DNA from: Phormidesmis sp.
Lineage (GTDB): Bacteria > Cyanobacteriota > Cyanobacteriia > Leptolyngbyales > Leptolyngbyaceae
Direction of reading: 5' to 3'
Length of the DNA: 64,000 bases
NCBI GenBank assembly: GCA_965248535.1
Contig: CBDFJR010000005.1
Coordinates: 1,152,001 to 1,216,000, forward strand
Shown: positions 22,274-33,776 of the stretch, piece after piece
Position numbering within the stretch: the first letter of the stretch is position 1
How the letters are laid out: each line of letters starts with the position of its first letter
Translations under genes and position numbers: made by a program
Notes under the pieces: generated by a model
Database searches by the model: none
Told to the model about the DNA's origin: nothing
What the model saw: only the letters and a program-made list of their open reading frames with translations

Positions 22274-24838
22274 TTAACTTTCTGCTTCTTGAATCTGTTG
22301 AAGCATCGATCGGGTCATCGGATCATCCGAGAGTTCATCGGTGCGGTTCGCCTGAATTACTTGTTGCAGGAACGAGGCGAAGTATTGAACAATGCTTTGT
22401 GTGTGAGGATGCGTTTCTCCTAATCGCTGGTAGAAGATTGAGATCGCCTCAATGTATAAAGGTTCCACTTCTGCAACTTGCCCCTGATTTTCATAAAGCA
22501 CTGCCAAATTCCACAGGCTCTGAGCCACATTGGGATGATCGTCTCCCAGTTGCCGTTGCCTGATTTCCAACGCTAGCAGGTACAAAGGTTCCGCTTCCCC
22601 GTACCGCCCTTGTAACCGATACAATGTTGCCAAATTGTTCAGGCTCTGAGCTACATCGGGATGGTCGTCTCCCAGTTGCCGTTGCCTGATTTCCAACGCT
22701 AGCAGGTACAAAGGTTCCGCTTCCCCGTACCGCCCTTGTAACCGATACAATGTTGCCAAATTGTTCAGGCTCTGAGCTACATCGGGATGGTCGTCTCCCA
22801 GTTGCCGTTGCCTGATTTCCAACGCTAGCAGGTACAAAGGTTCCGCTTCCCCGTACCGCCCTTGTAACCGATACAATGTTGCCAAATTGTTCAGGCTCTG
22901 AGCTACATCGGGATGGTCGTCTCCCAGTTGCCGTTGCCGGGTTTCGAGCGAGCGCACAAACAGCGGTTCCGCTTCCCCATACCGTCCTTGCGAATAGTAC
23001 AATTCTGCCAAATTGTTTAGGCTCACTGCCACAGATGAATGATCGTCTCCTAGGCGTTGGGTCACGATCGCTTGACCATGCAAGAACCATCTCTCTGCTT
23101 CTTCAAATGCTAATTGTCCCAAATAAAACTGACCAATCCAAGTAAAAGGCTTAATCAGATCTGAATCAGATAACCAAGGCTCTAGCGTAGTGGCTGCTTC
23201 CTTAAGATGTGGAATCAGCGGTGCTAGTTGCTCAATCGCTGAAATCGTCAGGGGCAAAGAAATTTGTAAGTCGATCTCACATAGTTCTCGGCAGAACGAT
23301 CTCTTCATTTCTTCATCGGTTGGCATCTGCGATCGCTTCACCGCAAAAAATTCCCGCAACAACTGATGTAGTTGGTAAACCTCCTTGCCTTCATAACTCA
23401 GCAGACTCGAATTCACTAACTGCTCATCGCGCAAATTCTCTAACGCTTCCTCATCTGCCTCTGGCAAACACTGTTGCACCAACGCCCACGGAATTCCCGC
23501 TAAGGCAAACAGACTCAAAAGTGCTGCTAGCTGTTGCGCCTCTTCATTCAATTCCTGCCAACTTAACTCAAATGCTGCTCCAACGCCTAAAGTAGCTGTC
23601 ATTCCTACGTCAGGCTCAAGCAAAGCTTTAGCAGCTAGCCTCTGATTCTGCAATCGCTCCCACAGTTTTGCAACTGAAAGATCTTTTTTTTGCACTAGAT
23701 ATTGCCCGACTAGCTGTAATGCCAAGGGTAAATAGCCCAACCACTTGCAAAGTTGTGTTGCGGCATCTAGTTCTTGATCAATTCGTCCATCGGGAACTAG
23801 CGATCGCAGTAATTCCAGAGCTGACGATGCTGAGAGCGCATCAATCACCATCTCTTGAACGCCAAACCCGAACCGCGATCGCGTTGTCAACAAAACGTTA
23901 AAGCGAGACTTTGGAGGGGGCAGCAACGCTTGAATATCAGCGTAGTTCTGCACATCATCAAAAATGATAAGAACTTCCCCTGCCATCCAATTTCTCCAAC
24001 ACCAAGCAACTTGTTCAGTAACGAACAGATCTGATGGAGGTTCAAGACCCAGGAACCGTCTTGCAAATACAACCACCTGAAGACTAATGTCCTCGCGTGC
24101 TCTCAACCAGCAGATGCCGCCTGGGTATTCATCGAGATACCTCGATGAATATTGCAATGCTAGTTCCGTCTTGCCAATCCCGCCCATTCCAGCAATAGCA
24201 GAGATAGCAACGGTTCCCAACTGCTGATGCAAGGCTTTCAATTCTGCCTCTCTTCCCACAAAGCTGACATTACCGAGATAGGGAAGGTTCTGAGGAATCT
24301 GGGCAACTTCAGGACGCTCTATCAGCGTTGGCGTTTCCGAGACGAATCGAAACACATCTTTCCGCCAACTCCAAAAATCCTTTGCTTCTCGGCTAATTTT
24401 TTCTAGCAACGGTTGTGTTAGCCAAAGGATAATTGGATAGCGAAACTCCCGCAGCCCTTCTCGTGTCCACTGCAAATATCCCAAAAAGATTTCTTGCTCC
24501 GATCGATCTGCTCCATATCGATCTGAAAAGAGTTGTTCTAGCCCTACCACTGTCAACACACCTCGCCCACCTGCCTTCAGGTAAGAATCAGACTCGATGG
24601 TGCGTGCGATCGCTTGCTTGAGGCTTGGATCTTTCTTCGGCAGGATAATCTGATAATTGCGAATTTCAGGTTCTAGCTCCGCCTCATAACGTTGGATGAT
24701 CGCTTCTCGCAGTTTGAAGTTATCGCAGATCACTAGAAATAGGCTCAGACTGTTCTTGCTTGCTTCGATCGCGACTAGCAAGTCGTCATAAGCCATCTCA
24801 TTCAGTTGGCTCGGAGGTAATTTCTCATCGATTTGCAT
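22274..24838 (-). CDS. NLR-like protein: degenerate P-loop-like N-domain + NB-ARC + TPR repeats
   Basis: FVGREAEL, GMGGIGKTELA, LIIFDDV, LLTTR, GYLPLAL, LHQLLR and 42-aa TPR units. Confidence 0.88.
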   Translation of the reverse strand: MQIDEKLPPSQLNEMAYDDLLVAIEASKNSLSLFLVICDNFKLREAIIQRYEAELEPEIRNYQIILPKKDPSLKQAIARTIESDSYLKAGGRGVLTVVGLEQLFSDRYGADRSEQEIFLGYLQWTREGLREFRYPIILWLTQPLLEKISREAKDFWSWRKDVFRFVSETPTLIERPEVAQIPQNLPYLGNVSFVGREAELKALHQQLGTVAISAIAGMGGIGKTELALQYSSRYLDEYPGGICWLRAREDISLQVVVFARRFLGLEPPSDLFVTEQVAWCWRNWMAGEVLIIFDDVQNYADIQALLPPPKSRFNVLLTTRSRFGFGVQEMVIDALSASSALELLRSLVPDGRIDQELDAATQLCKWLGYLPLALQLVGQYLVQKKDLSVAKLWERLQNQRLAAKALLEPDVGMTATLGVGAAFELSWQELNEEAQQLAALLSLFALAGIPWALVQQCLPEADEEALENLRDEQLVNSSLLSYEGKEVYQLHQLLREFFAVKRSQMPTDEEMKRSFCRELCEIDLQISLPLTISAIEQLAPLIPHLKEAATTLEPWLSDSDLIKPFTWIGQFYLGQLAFEEAERWFLHGQAIVTQRLGDDHSSVAVSLNNLAELYYSQGRYGEAEPLFVRSLETRQRQLGDDHPDVAQSLNNLATLYRLQGRYGEAEPLYLLALEIRQRQLGDDHPDVAQSLNNLATLYRLQGRYGEAEPLYLLALEIRQRQLGDDHPDVAQSLNNLATLYRLQGRYGEAEPLYLLALEIRQRQLGDDHPNVAQSLWNLAVLYENQGQVAEVEPLYIEAISIFYQRLGETHPHTQSIVQYFASFLQQVIQANRTDELSDDPMTRSMLQQIQEAES
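22541..22918. repeat. Three DNA-identical 126-bp TPR units
   Basis: GTCTCCCAGTTGCCGTTGCC recurs at 22541, 22667, 22793 and 22919. Confidence 0.93.
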
Positions 24839-26125
24839 TAATTAGCCCCCTGCGCAGCATCAGGTCTCGAACAATTGGATGCAGGTCATACCACATGTCG
24901 CCGTTTTGATACTCTAAGACCTGCAAACCATGTAGTAGATTCAAAAAAGGTTCGTCTTTCGGATCTTCAGGCATGAACTTCTCATACGTCGTCTGCAAAA
25001 TGGTGTAATCCGCCTTGCCCAAGGTGGTTTCAAACTCTAATCTTAAGGCTTTAATGGCTTCGTCCAAGACCGCAGCATTGATCTTGATGTCTATTCGAGC
25101 AGGTTCGCGGCGAATTTTGCGCAGACAGATGCGGCAACACCGATTCGAGAACGAATTAGCTCTCGCAACACGCCTCCGCTGTAATGCACGATTTGGGTCG
25201 CAACCTCTGGCTCTAATATTTCTGCGGGAATGCGTTTGTGTAAAACTTCACAGAGTGTTTCGACCGCTTCTTTCTCTTCGGTGGGGTCAAGTTTGCGACG
25301 TTCTGATTTGGCAAAAAGTTTAGAAACTGGGACGACTGCAATTTGATCGTCTGCCTCTGTTCTTAAGGTTGTGAGTAAGGAGATGTCGCGGAGGCAGGAG
25401 ATCGGAACCGTGAAGACGATGCTAAATCCAGGCAGAAACAATGATTTCACATGATCTCGAAAGACACTTTTAACGAGTTCAAGATCTAATTTATCTAGGT
25501 CATCGATGATTACTAATACTTTTTTCTTGCTGACTCTCTGCATCTCTGCTGCAATCTCATTCAGCTTGGCAACTAAAGCAGAGAGATCCCGCTCAAACTC
25601 TTGCTTCAGCACTTCCCGGATGGAAGATTCCGCTTTCAACTTGCTCACGATCAGGTTCAAGAGGGTAAATCCGAATGAGCCTTCTGCCGAGAGCTTGTTT
25701 TCTTCAATCCGAGTTCGCTTTGCAAACCATCGATAGAATCCATCCCTAGTGGTTGCAGGAATTTGCATCTGCTCTTGCTCTGCTTTTAGGAGCATACTCA
25801 CGCCTATCGCGAACAGAATATTGATGTGATCCACGGCTGACATTTCAATTGTCTCTGCGATCGAGAAAAATACTACGAAGTAGCGATCACTCACCTGCCG
25901 TCCAAATTTTGCCAGGAGGGTTGACTTGCCAGATCCGGTATGTCCTGAAAAAATTACCTTTGCATCTTGCGCCGCGTTGTCTTCAATCAGTTGTTCTACC
26001 TCTTCTAGAGCTTCTTGCCCATACTCGACCCAAAATTTCTGCAACTGTTCTTCTCGAACAAGGGGTTCCAGGTCGGTAATTTGATAGGCTTTCTGAAAGG
26101 TTTGCAACAGAGAGGATGCGTTCAT
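24825..26125 (-). CDS. P-loop ATPase, apparent frameshift near 25150
   Basis: GHTGSGKS Walker A, VIIDDLDKLD Walker B, SGGVLRELIR; continues in another frame to LLHGLQVLEYQN..WYDLHPIV. Confidence 0.85.
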
Positions 26126-26305
26126 CGGCTTTGGAAGATCACGAAATAAATCTCCTCTATGATGACTGATCGCCGGGATCTTATAACTAGGGCTATGTTG
26201 ATTTTTCCTTGAAAGTCTTGATTTGAGTGCGAACCCATAGTGCCGTGAAGCTTTCGTAGCCTAAAATTGTGCAATCGCAGCCGATAATTCCTGATTCTGT
26301 GTAAC

Positions 26306-26656
26306 CTAAAGTGCTAACTGAAAAGCATGGATCAAAGTCGCATCTAGTTGTTGGAGATGTGACGGGCTTAAGAGTCCCATCCGTTTCGCAATGAGTTGCT
26401 GACTCAGCGTTGTAATCCGAGTCACGCGCACTTTTGACGAAACACGCAGCCCAGTTTGAGCAAAGTCTGGATCTGAATCCAGCACAGCAAACTCTGCACT
26501 ATAGAGCGTTTCGACTTTTTGTGAGGAAATAAAGCAAACGGTGAACTCGTCAATCGCACCATTAGCTGAGAGAACAACGGCAGGACGAAACTTGGTTTGG
26601 CTAAGGTCGGTGAATGGAAATTCAACCAGCACAATGTCGCCTTTTTTTAGTCCCAT
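26306..26656 (-). CDS. PemK/MazF family toxin
   Basis: KGDIVLVEFPFTDLSQTKFRPAVVLS, TGLRVSSKVR. Confidence 0.9.
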   Translation of the reverse strand: MGLKKGDIVLVEFPFTDLSQTKFRPAVVLSANGAIDEFTVCFISSQKVETLYSAEFAVLDSDPDFAQTGLRVSSKVRVTRITTLSQQLIAKRMGLLSPSHLQQLDATLIHAFQLAL

Positions 26657-26862
26657 TCGATGGGTTCTCCATCTTCGAGGGTGTAGAGATCGGGTTCGTC
26701 TTTGAGGAAGTCGAAAGCGGTGCTGCGATCGCTGAGATAGGCAAGTTCTAGCGCGGAGGGATAAGGCTTTTCGCCGTAAAGTTTGTGATCAAACAGCGAT
26801 CGTTCTTCCGCTGACAGCGCGCGGATGGTCTGCACTAGGGATTCTACTAATTGTGTGTTCAT
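26647..26862 (-). CDS. Putative antitoxin
   Basis: Overlaps the toxin start; AFDFLKDEPDLYTLEDGEPI tail. Confidence 0.75.
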   Translation of the reverse strand: MNTQLVESLVQTIRALSAEERSLFDHKLYGEKPYPSALELAYLSDRSTAFDFLKDEPDLYTLEDGEPIEWD

Positions 26863-27108
26863 GAGAGGGTTCCAAGAATCTTGGGAGTCGTGGTTCTTCT
26901 ATCATGCCTTATGTTAAAAGTGCGAACACACCGTGTAGTGAAGCGTTCGCTGGCTGAAATGACTAGATCGCACACCCGTGATCGTTCTCACGTGATCTGC
27001 GATGCGTCGCAGTTTGAGTGCGGCATTCCCCGATCGAACATCCACCGATCGACACAAGCGATTAAAATTGAGATTCGATTCGCTCAAATTCTTTCACTTG
27101 AGGGCGGT

Positions 27109-30100
27109 ATGGCAGTCAAACCCGTTGAGTTAGCAGCCCGGTTAGATCACTACTACGAGCAGGTGCGTGCCGTCATTCTCAGCCGTCAGAACGCGATTTC
27201 TGGGCTGCTGCCCGCTAGCACCGCCGTCAACGCTCATGGCGACTACACAGATGCATGGGTGCGTGATAACGTCTACAGCATTCTCGCCGTGTGGGGGTTA
27301 GGGCTGGCCTATCGCAAGTTAGACGACGATCGGGGGCGCACCTATGAGCTAGAACACAGCGTTGTTAAGCTGATGCGCGGCTTGCTGTTTTCAATGATGC
27401 GACAAGCCGAAAAAGTCGAGAAATTCAAAGCCAATCAAACTCCCCTAGATGCTCTTCATGCCAAATATGACACCGACACGGGCAGCACCGTGGTTGGCGA
27501 CGACGAGTGGGGACATTTGCAGCTTGATGCGACCTCAATCTTTTTGCTGATGTTGGCCCAGATGACCGCATCGGGGTTAGCGATCGTCTTCACCATTGAC
27601 GAAGTGAGCTTCATTCAAAACCTCGTCTACTACATCGGCAGAACCTATCGCACGCCTGATTATGGCATCTGGGAGCGAGGCAACAAAATCAACCACGGCA
27701 GCCCTGAACTCAACGCTAGTTCGGTTGGCATGGCCAAGGCGGCCCTCGAAGCCTTAAATGGACTCAATCTGTTCGGCGTGCACGGCAGTCAAGCCTCAGT
27801 GATTCACGTTTTGCCCGATGAGATTGCTCGGTGTCGCACCACGCTAGAATCTTTGCTGCCTAGAGAATCTAGCTCTAAAGAAGTCGATGCTGCTCTCTTG
27901 AGCGTGATTAGTTTTCCGGCGTTTGCGGTTGAAGATCAGCAATTGGTCGATCGCACCCGCACCAAAATTGTCGGACTGCTGCAAGGTCGCTATGGCTGCA
28001 AACGCTTTCTGCGAGACGGGCACCAAACAGTTTTAGAAGACAGCAGCCGACTTCACTATGAGCCGTGGGAACTCAAACAATTTGAACATATTGAGTGTGA
28101 ATGGTCACTGTTCTTCACCTATCTGGCGTTAGATGGATTGTTCCGCGGCAATCGCCCCCAAGCCCAAGATTATCTCGACAAACTAGCTCAACTAGCTGTT
28201 GACCGAGACGGCCTAAACTTGTTGCCAGAGTTGTACTATGTTCCTGAAGAGTTGGTCGAACTAGAAAAGGCCAAGCCCTCTAGTCAAGCTCGATTGCCCA
28301 ATGAAAATATTCCTCTCGTTTGGGCCCAAAGCCTCTATCTGCTGGCGCAAATGATGCACGAAGGATTGTTGGCAGTCGGAGACGTTGACCCGATCGGGTG
28401 TCACCTTCGCATTGGTCAAAAACGCAAGGCTATTGTTCAAATTGCCCTCATAGCAGAAGATGAAGCGTTGCAGTCCAATTTAGCCGCCAACAACATCACG
28501 ACTCAAACGCTCAAACAAGTCGAGCCAATTCAAGTTCGTCATGCGAGAGAGCTAGCGGCCGCCTATGCTCAAGTTGGGCGCAATGACAAACTTGCGTTAA
28601 CGGGTCGCCCCATGCGCCGAATGCGAAGTTTAACGACTTCGAGAGTGTTTAAGATCTGCGGAGAAACGATCGTGTTTCTGCCCTCGTTCTTAGAGCCAGC
28701 CCGCTTTTATCTCACGCTCGACTACCACTTTCTGGTCTCCACGATTAAGAGCGAACTCGCCTACACCCATCGCCACTGGCAAGATTTGGGTAAACCGACC
28801 ATGACCCTGCTGCTCACCCACGAGATGCTAGAACTGGGTCGAGAAGCGCTGATCAACCTCGTGCAAGACCTGCAAAACGGTCGCTGTGGCGATATTCCAG
28901 TCCAGCTAGGTCGCCTCAATCAGCTTGCTCTCACGGCGGGCACTGAGCGCATCGACTCGCTGCACGATTTTGAGTTTCCGCCATCGTCGGTGATTGACAC
29001 GGCTTTGCCAAGCTACCACTTGGTTTATCACCCAGACAAAAACTATCCCTTAAGCATTTCGCAAGAATTCCAACTAGAGTGTGAAACTAATGTTCAAGTG
29101 CTGGTATCGAGCTTGCGCCAGTCTCACAATCTCTATGAACAGATCGAGCTATTGAGCACCCTTGTTCGTCTCAAAGGCTTAGATTTTGACACTCGTTTAG
29201 CTGGCCCACAGCCCGCGATCGTGGTGCAAGATCTCGTCAACGAAGTCTACGCCAAAGCCAGCAAAGGCGATGCGTCGGGTTGCCCCTATTGGGGAATTGT
29301 GCGGCGATCGGCAGGCTTGCTCGATAAAGTCGATGTCGGGCTGTCAGATGCCGTTACCGATATTTTGGTGCGACAAAAACAGATTTCGGTCGGTCGAGCT
29401 TATAGTGAAGATTCGCTGATTTTGCAGCCGTTGCCCTACACCGAAGTGCTCGAAAAATCCATCATTTTTGTCGAGAAGATCTGCGCGATCGGGTGCTGAC
29501 TCAAGAAATTATTATCTATCTCAGTTTGCTGATCAAAAGTGAACCTGATCTCTTTCAAGGCTTGCTGACTTTGAGAGTGGGTTATTTGATTTTGCTGATC
29601 GCGACGGAGCTTGCACAAGAATTAAAATTGACTCAAGACGAAGCCTATGAGCACTTGATGCAACTCAGTCCGTTTGAGATTAAGACGCGGCTGCGCCAAA
29701 TTCTAGTGGGCTATGCCGACCTCAATCAGGCGTTGTTTAAGCAAGAATCTCTGCGGGTGAAATTGCCCGATCGCGGCATCGATTGGGTGGTCTTGTTAGA
29801 TGAGCAAACCGAAGTTGAACCTGCTAATCAAGATTGGTGGCGCAAACGCCAGCTAGACGGCTCACTAAATCGCGTTCCGAAAGATTTTTATCCTAGCGTG
29901 TGGCAACTGCTGCATCACTGCGAAGGATTGGTGATTGGCGACAAATTAGAACGCCGCAATCGTCTTGATAGTGAACATCTGATCATGGAAATGACTGCTG
30001 GCGAGAAAAACTTTGCTCTGAAAATTGAACACTTATTAAACAAAATTCAAGCGCCAGAATATCGTCAGGTGAATGTAGAAGCAATGATGGAATTAGCGAC

Positions 30101-30338
30101 GATCGCCCAACGCAACCCCGATCTTAAAATCGAAGAATCGATCGTGCTAGATGTGCTGATTGGTCACGCAGTCCGATTGGCATGGCTCGACAAATTTCCA
30201 GACTTATTCGATCGCTATGATGAACACAAAGGATCAGCTTGGCGATCGTTTTATGAATCGTCGCCTTATGACTGTGCGAACTATGTTGCTAAAGCGATGC
30301 GCTTCTTGACGCAGTTGGGGCAAGCTAGCCTCGCTTAG
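27109..30338 (+). CDS. Glycoside hydrolase family 15 / phosphorylase kinase alpha-beta-like protein, apparent frameshift near 29455
   Basis: GDYTDAWVRDNVYS, WGHLQLDA, PDYGIWERG, GCKRFLRDGHQT; the two ORFs join through KIHHFCREDLRDRVLTQE. Start placed at ATG 27109 after GAGGG. Confidence 0.88.
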
Positions 30339-30354
30339 ACAATTACGTTGGAGT

Positions 30355-31223
30355 TTAGCCGCGATCGGGGTCTTCTCCCAATTCTCGTAGACGGGCGGCC
30401 AAGCGATCGGCTCGTTGACGCTCCTCGTTGGCCCGTTGGAATTCTTCGTTAGCTCTTCGAGACTCCTCGTTAGCCCGTTGGGATTCTTCGTTAGCTCGTT
30501 CGAGGCTTCCTCGTTAGCCCGTTGGTGTTCTTCATCGGCCCGTTGACGTTCTTCATCGGCTTGTTGACGTGCGGCTTCTTCGGGGAGAGGCACGAGATTG
30601 CCGTGGCGATCGTAAAACCGCAGCCAGGTTGTCTGATCGATATCCACCGTCCCCGACCACGCGCCTAGCCACAACTCCAGGGTTTGACACCATCGCCATC
30701 CTTGATCATTGACGGGAATCGGCTGATAGCCTTGGTCTAAGTCCAGATGCCACCCTTGAAACGCACTGGGATCAAAGGGGTCAAACACAAAATAGTCTCT
30801 CGTGCGAAACACCTGCTCATAGAGGGTTTTCTTGGCTCCCAAATCAACGCTCATCGTGCTGGGTGACAGCATTTCGACAATCACATCAGGATATCGTCCG
30901 CCCTCTTCCCAGACCACCCAGCCCTTGCGAGATTGGTCAGGGTCAACCCCCAACACCGCAAAGAAATCAGGGCCTCTAAAGTCGCGATTGCGGACTTGGT
31001 TGCTGCTGTAATAAATAAACATATTGCCGCCAGCAAAAAAGTCTTGGCGGTCTAACCAGCCTTGATTGAGCGATCGAATCAAGACGTTCATGGCGACCCG
31101 GTGACGATGGCTTTCCAAAGGTTCTCCGTCATCAAAAATTAAATCGGTCGGGGGCATGGGAGGCTCCCATTCCGGCGGCTCTAGAATGGGATTAGTCTGT
31201 TCAGTAATGGCTTCTAGTGACAT
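30355..31223 (-). CDS. Uma2 family endonuclease with coiled-coil repeat tail, frameshift in tail near 30500
   Basis: PPTDLIFDDGEPLES, FRGPDFFAV, WVVWEEGGRYPDVIVE; natural end ADRLAARLRELGEDPDRG* in another frame. Confidence 0.85.
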
Positions 31224-31311
31224 CTTAGTGGTCTCCCCGATGCAAAATTTTCGCTTGACCCCTACCGTACATTTTACATAGATAATGGGGAGTAGCCCCT
31301 TCTTTGGTTCT

Positions 31312-32667
31312 ATGTTTCAGGTTACTCGTCGTCGTCTTGCGATTTGGTATACAACCGTTACGGCAGTGTTGCTGCTAGTGTTTGCGAGTGGGTTCTATTT
31401 ATATGTTCGCACGACGTTAATTGAACGCATTGATGACACGCTCAATCATGTAGTTGAAGTGGTGCAGCGATCGCTGGTGATCGAGCCGATCAATCCTCAT
31501 TTAGAAGGCGGAGAGGTGCGCGTGAATGTAGAGTCGAGCTTTCGAGATAATGCAATTCCAGTTGAGGATGATCACATTGATTTAGAGTGGTTTAGCCCCC
31601 AAGGTGAGGTGCTGTGGGCAACGTTTGCTGACAAGATCGCGGTGCCGCTCCGCTTTAATATCAATGGCGAAACCGTGCATTTATCCGATGATCATTTGCT
31701 GCGACAAGTGACCCAACGAGTTCAGATTGGGCGACAGGTGTTGGGCTATCTGCGCGTCAGCCATCCCTGGTTTGAGGTGACAAAGCCGACTCGTGAATTA
31801 TTTCTAGACCTGATTGTCGGAACTAGCGTCATGGTGGCGATCGTGGCCACGATCGGGTGGTTATTATCCGGTCTAGCTATGCAGCCGATTCGAGAATCTT
31901 ATCAACGGTTAAAGCAATTTACAGCAGATGCATCTCATGAGTTGAGAAACCCGATCGCGATTATTCAAACTAACGTGCAGGTTGCGCTCTCAGATCCAGA
32001 TTCAGATCCGCAAATGCAACGCTATCACCTACAGGTTGTTGAACGCTTGACGCGTCGGTTAGGAAGACTCGTGGATGATCTGTTATTTCTGGCTCGACAA
32101 GACAGCAGCACAGCCCAACCTAGACGGGCTTTGATCAATCTGGATGATCTGCTGACCGAAGTCTTAGAAGAACAGCAAACGATCGCTACAGAAAAAGAAA
32201 TTTCGTTAAGTCTTAATAGCAGCATTGCGCTAGAAGAACTAACCGTAGGTCAATCAATGATTTTGAAATCATTGCCTCGTGTTGAGCATTCACTTTCTCT
32301 GTCCTGCGATCGCGATCAGCTATCTCGATTATTTACTAATCTAGTTAGTAACGCTTTGCAGTATACGCCTTCAATGGGAAGCGTAACGCTAGAGCTACAG
32401 CAGTTTAAACGTACAAATGGATCATTTCTACAAGTGAACGTGATTGACACCGGAATCGGAATTTCAGAAGAGGCTTTGCCGCAATTGTTCGATCGCTTCT
32501 ATCGCGTTGACCCCGCCCGAACTAAAGCCACCGGAGGATCGGGATTAGGGCTAGCGATCGCTCAAGCCATTGTCGAAAACCATCAGGGACAGATTCAAAT
32601 CAGCAGTAAATTGGGTCAAGGAACCACTGTCACCGTCATGCTTCCGCAGCAAGAAATTGCAAGCTAA
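31312..32667 (+). CDS. Two-component sensor histidine kinase (possibly ManS/Hik27-like)
   Basis: Two TM segments, FTADASHELRNP, NLVSNALQYT, DTGIGI, GGSGLGLAI. An alternative start at 31285 is possible. Confidence 0.9.
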   Translation: MFQVTRRRLAIWYTTVTAVLLLVFASGFYLYVRTTLIERIDDTLNHVVEVVQRSLVIEPINPHLEGGEVRVNVESSFRDNAIPVEDDHIDLEWFSPQGEVLWATFADKIAVPLRFNINGETVHLSDDHLLRQVTQRVQIGRQVLGYLRVSHPWFEVTKPTRELFLDLIVGTSVMVAIVATIGWLLSGLAMQPIRESYQRLKQFTADASHELRNPIAIIQTNVQVALSDPDSDPQMQRYHLQVVERLTRRLGRLVDDLLFLARQDSSTAQPRRALINLDDLLTEVLEEQQTIATEKEISLSLNSSIALEELTVGQSMILKSLPRVEHSLSLSCDRDQLSRLFTNLVSNALQYTPSMGSVTLELQQFKRTNGSFLQVNVIDTGIGISEEALPQLFDRFYRVDPARTKATGGSGLGLAIAQAIVENHQGQIQISSKLGQGTTVTVMLPQQEIAS

Positions 32668-33722
32668 ACCTCTACTAATTGGGCTTCGGCTGCTTCGGTT
32701 TCTTGCCAGCCAGACTGGTTTAGACGCTCGATCGCCCGATCAATAATCTCTAATCCCTGACCGACATTCTCAATCAGACTCAGTTTTCCGCGCAGATCGG
32801 CCGCGCCGTCAAAGCCTTTGGCATACCAGGTCATGTGTTTTCGGGCTTGTCTAACTCCCCGATCGCCCTTGTATTCCCATAGCATTTGCAAATGTTCGCG
32901 GGCGCATTCTAGACGCTCGATCGGGGTGGGTTTGGGTCTCTCAATTCCCGTCTTAAAAAAGTGATCGACTTCGCCGACTAAAAATGGATATCCCAGCGTT
33001 CCACGAGAACACATCACGCCATCGGCTCCGGTTTGCTCTAGGCATTTAACGGCAGCCTCAACTGAAAACATATCGCCATTTGCGATCACAGGAATCGAGA
33101 GAATGTTTTTCACTCGACCGATCCATTCCCATTTAGCGGGCCCGTTATAGCCTTGAGCGCGAGTCCGCCCGTGGACGGTGATCATCTGTGCTCCAGCATC
33201 CTCCATGCGTCGAGCAAAATCAAGAATGTTGATCTCCTGATCCGTCCAGCCGATGCGGGTTTTAACCGTCACTGGAACCTTGACGGCTTTCACCACGGCC
33301 CGCACGATCGCTTCTGCCGTTTCGGGGTCTCGCAGCAAAGATGAGCCGCCGCCATTTTTGGTGATCTTATTCACCGGGCAGCCCATATTGATATCGATCG
33401 TGTCGGCCCCTTCGGCAACCGCCTTCTCGGCCGCCTCTGCCAAAAAATCGGGACGACAGTCAAAAAGCTGAATGCTAATCGGGCGCTCGTTGGGGTCTAC
33501 CTCCATGATGATCGGCAACGCTTTGACATAGTGCAAGCCCGTAGCGTTGACCATCTCGGTATACATCATTGAGTCGGGCGCATAGCGACGCACCAGACGA
33601 CGAAACACCAAATCGGTCACACCAGACAGCGGCGACTGCAAGACGCGGCTTTTGACCTCTAGAGAGCCAATCTTGAGGGGTGCAGCCAGTCTAGCTTTAA
33701 GGGTCGGAGATAGAGAAACCAT
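32664..33722 (-). CDS. dusB: tRNA dihydrouridine synthase B
   Basis: SPLSGVTD, IDINMGCPV, VTVKTRIGW, VHGRTRAQGY, RKHMTWY. Confidence 0.93.
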   Translation of the reverse strand: MVSLSPTLKARLAAPLKIGSLEVKSRVLQSPLSGVTDLVFRRLVRRYAPDSMMYTEMVNATGLHYVKALPIIMEVDPNERPISIQLFDCRPDFLAEAAEKAVAEGADTIDINMGCPVNKITKNGGGSSLLRDPETAEAIVRAVVKAVKVPVTVKTRIGWTDQEINILDFARRMEDAGAQMITVHGRTRAQGYNGPAKWEWIGRVKNILSIPVIANGDMFSVEAAVKCLEQTGADGVMCSRGTLGYPFLVGEVDHFFKTGIERPKPTPIERLECAREHLQMLWEYKGDRGVRQARKHMTWYAKGFDGAADLRGKLSLIENVGQGLEIIDRAIERLNQSGWQETEAAEAQLVEV

Positions 33723-33776
33723 AATTCACGAACGTAGCGATCCATCTTCAGGATAAAGGATTTGTGCCGATCGCTT

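Noticed and set aside
22491..23090. 199-aa alternate-frame repeat ORF within the TPR region
   Set aside because: It is open only because a stop-free 126-bp unit is repeated; there is no independent coding signal.
26851..27108. N-terminal extension of the GH15 ORF given in the ORF track
   Set aside because: It overlaps the divergent antitoxin start and looks non-coding; ATG 27109 has an RBS and begins the recognisable sequence.
30400..30580. 21-bp quasi-repeats
   Set aside because: They are the ordinary coiled-coil tail of a Uma2 protein.
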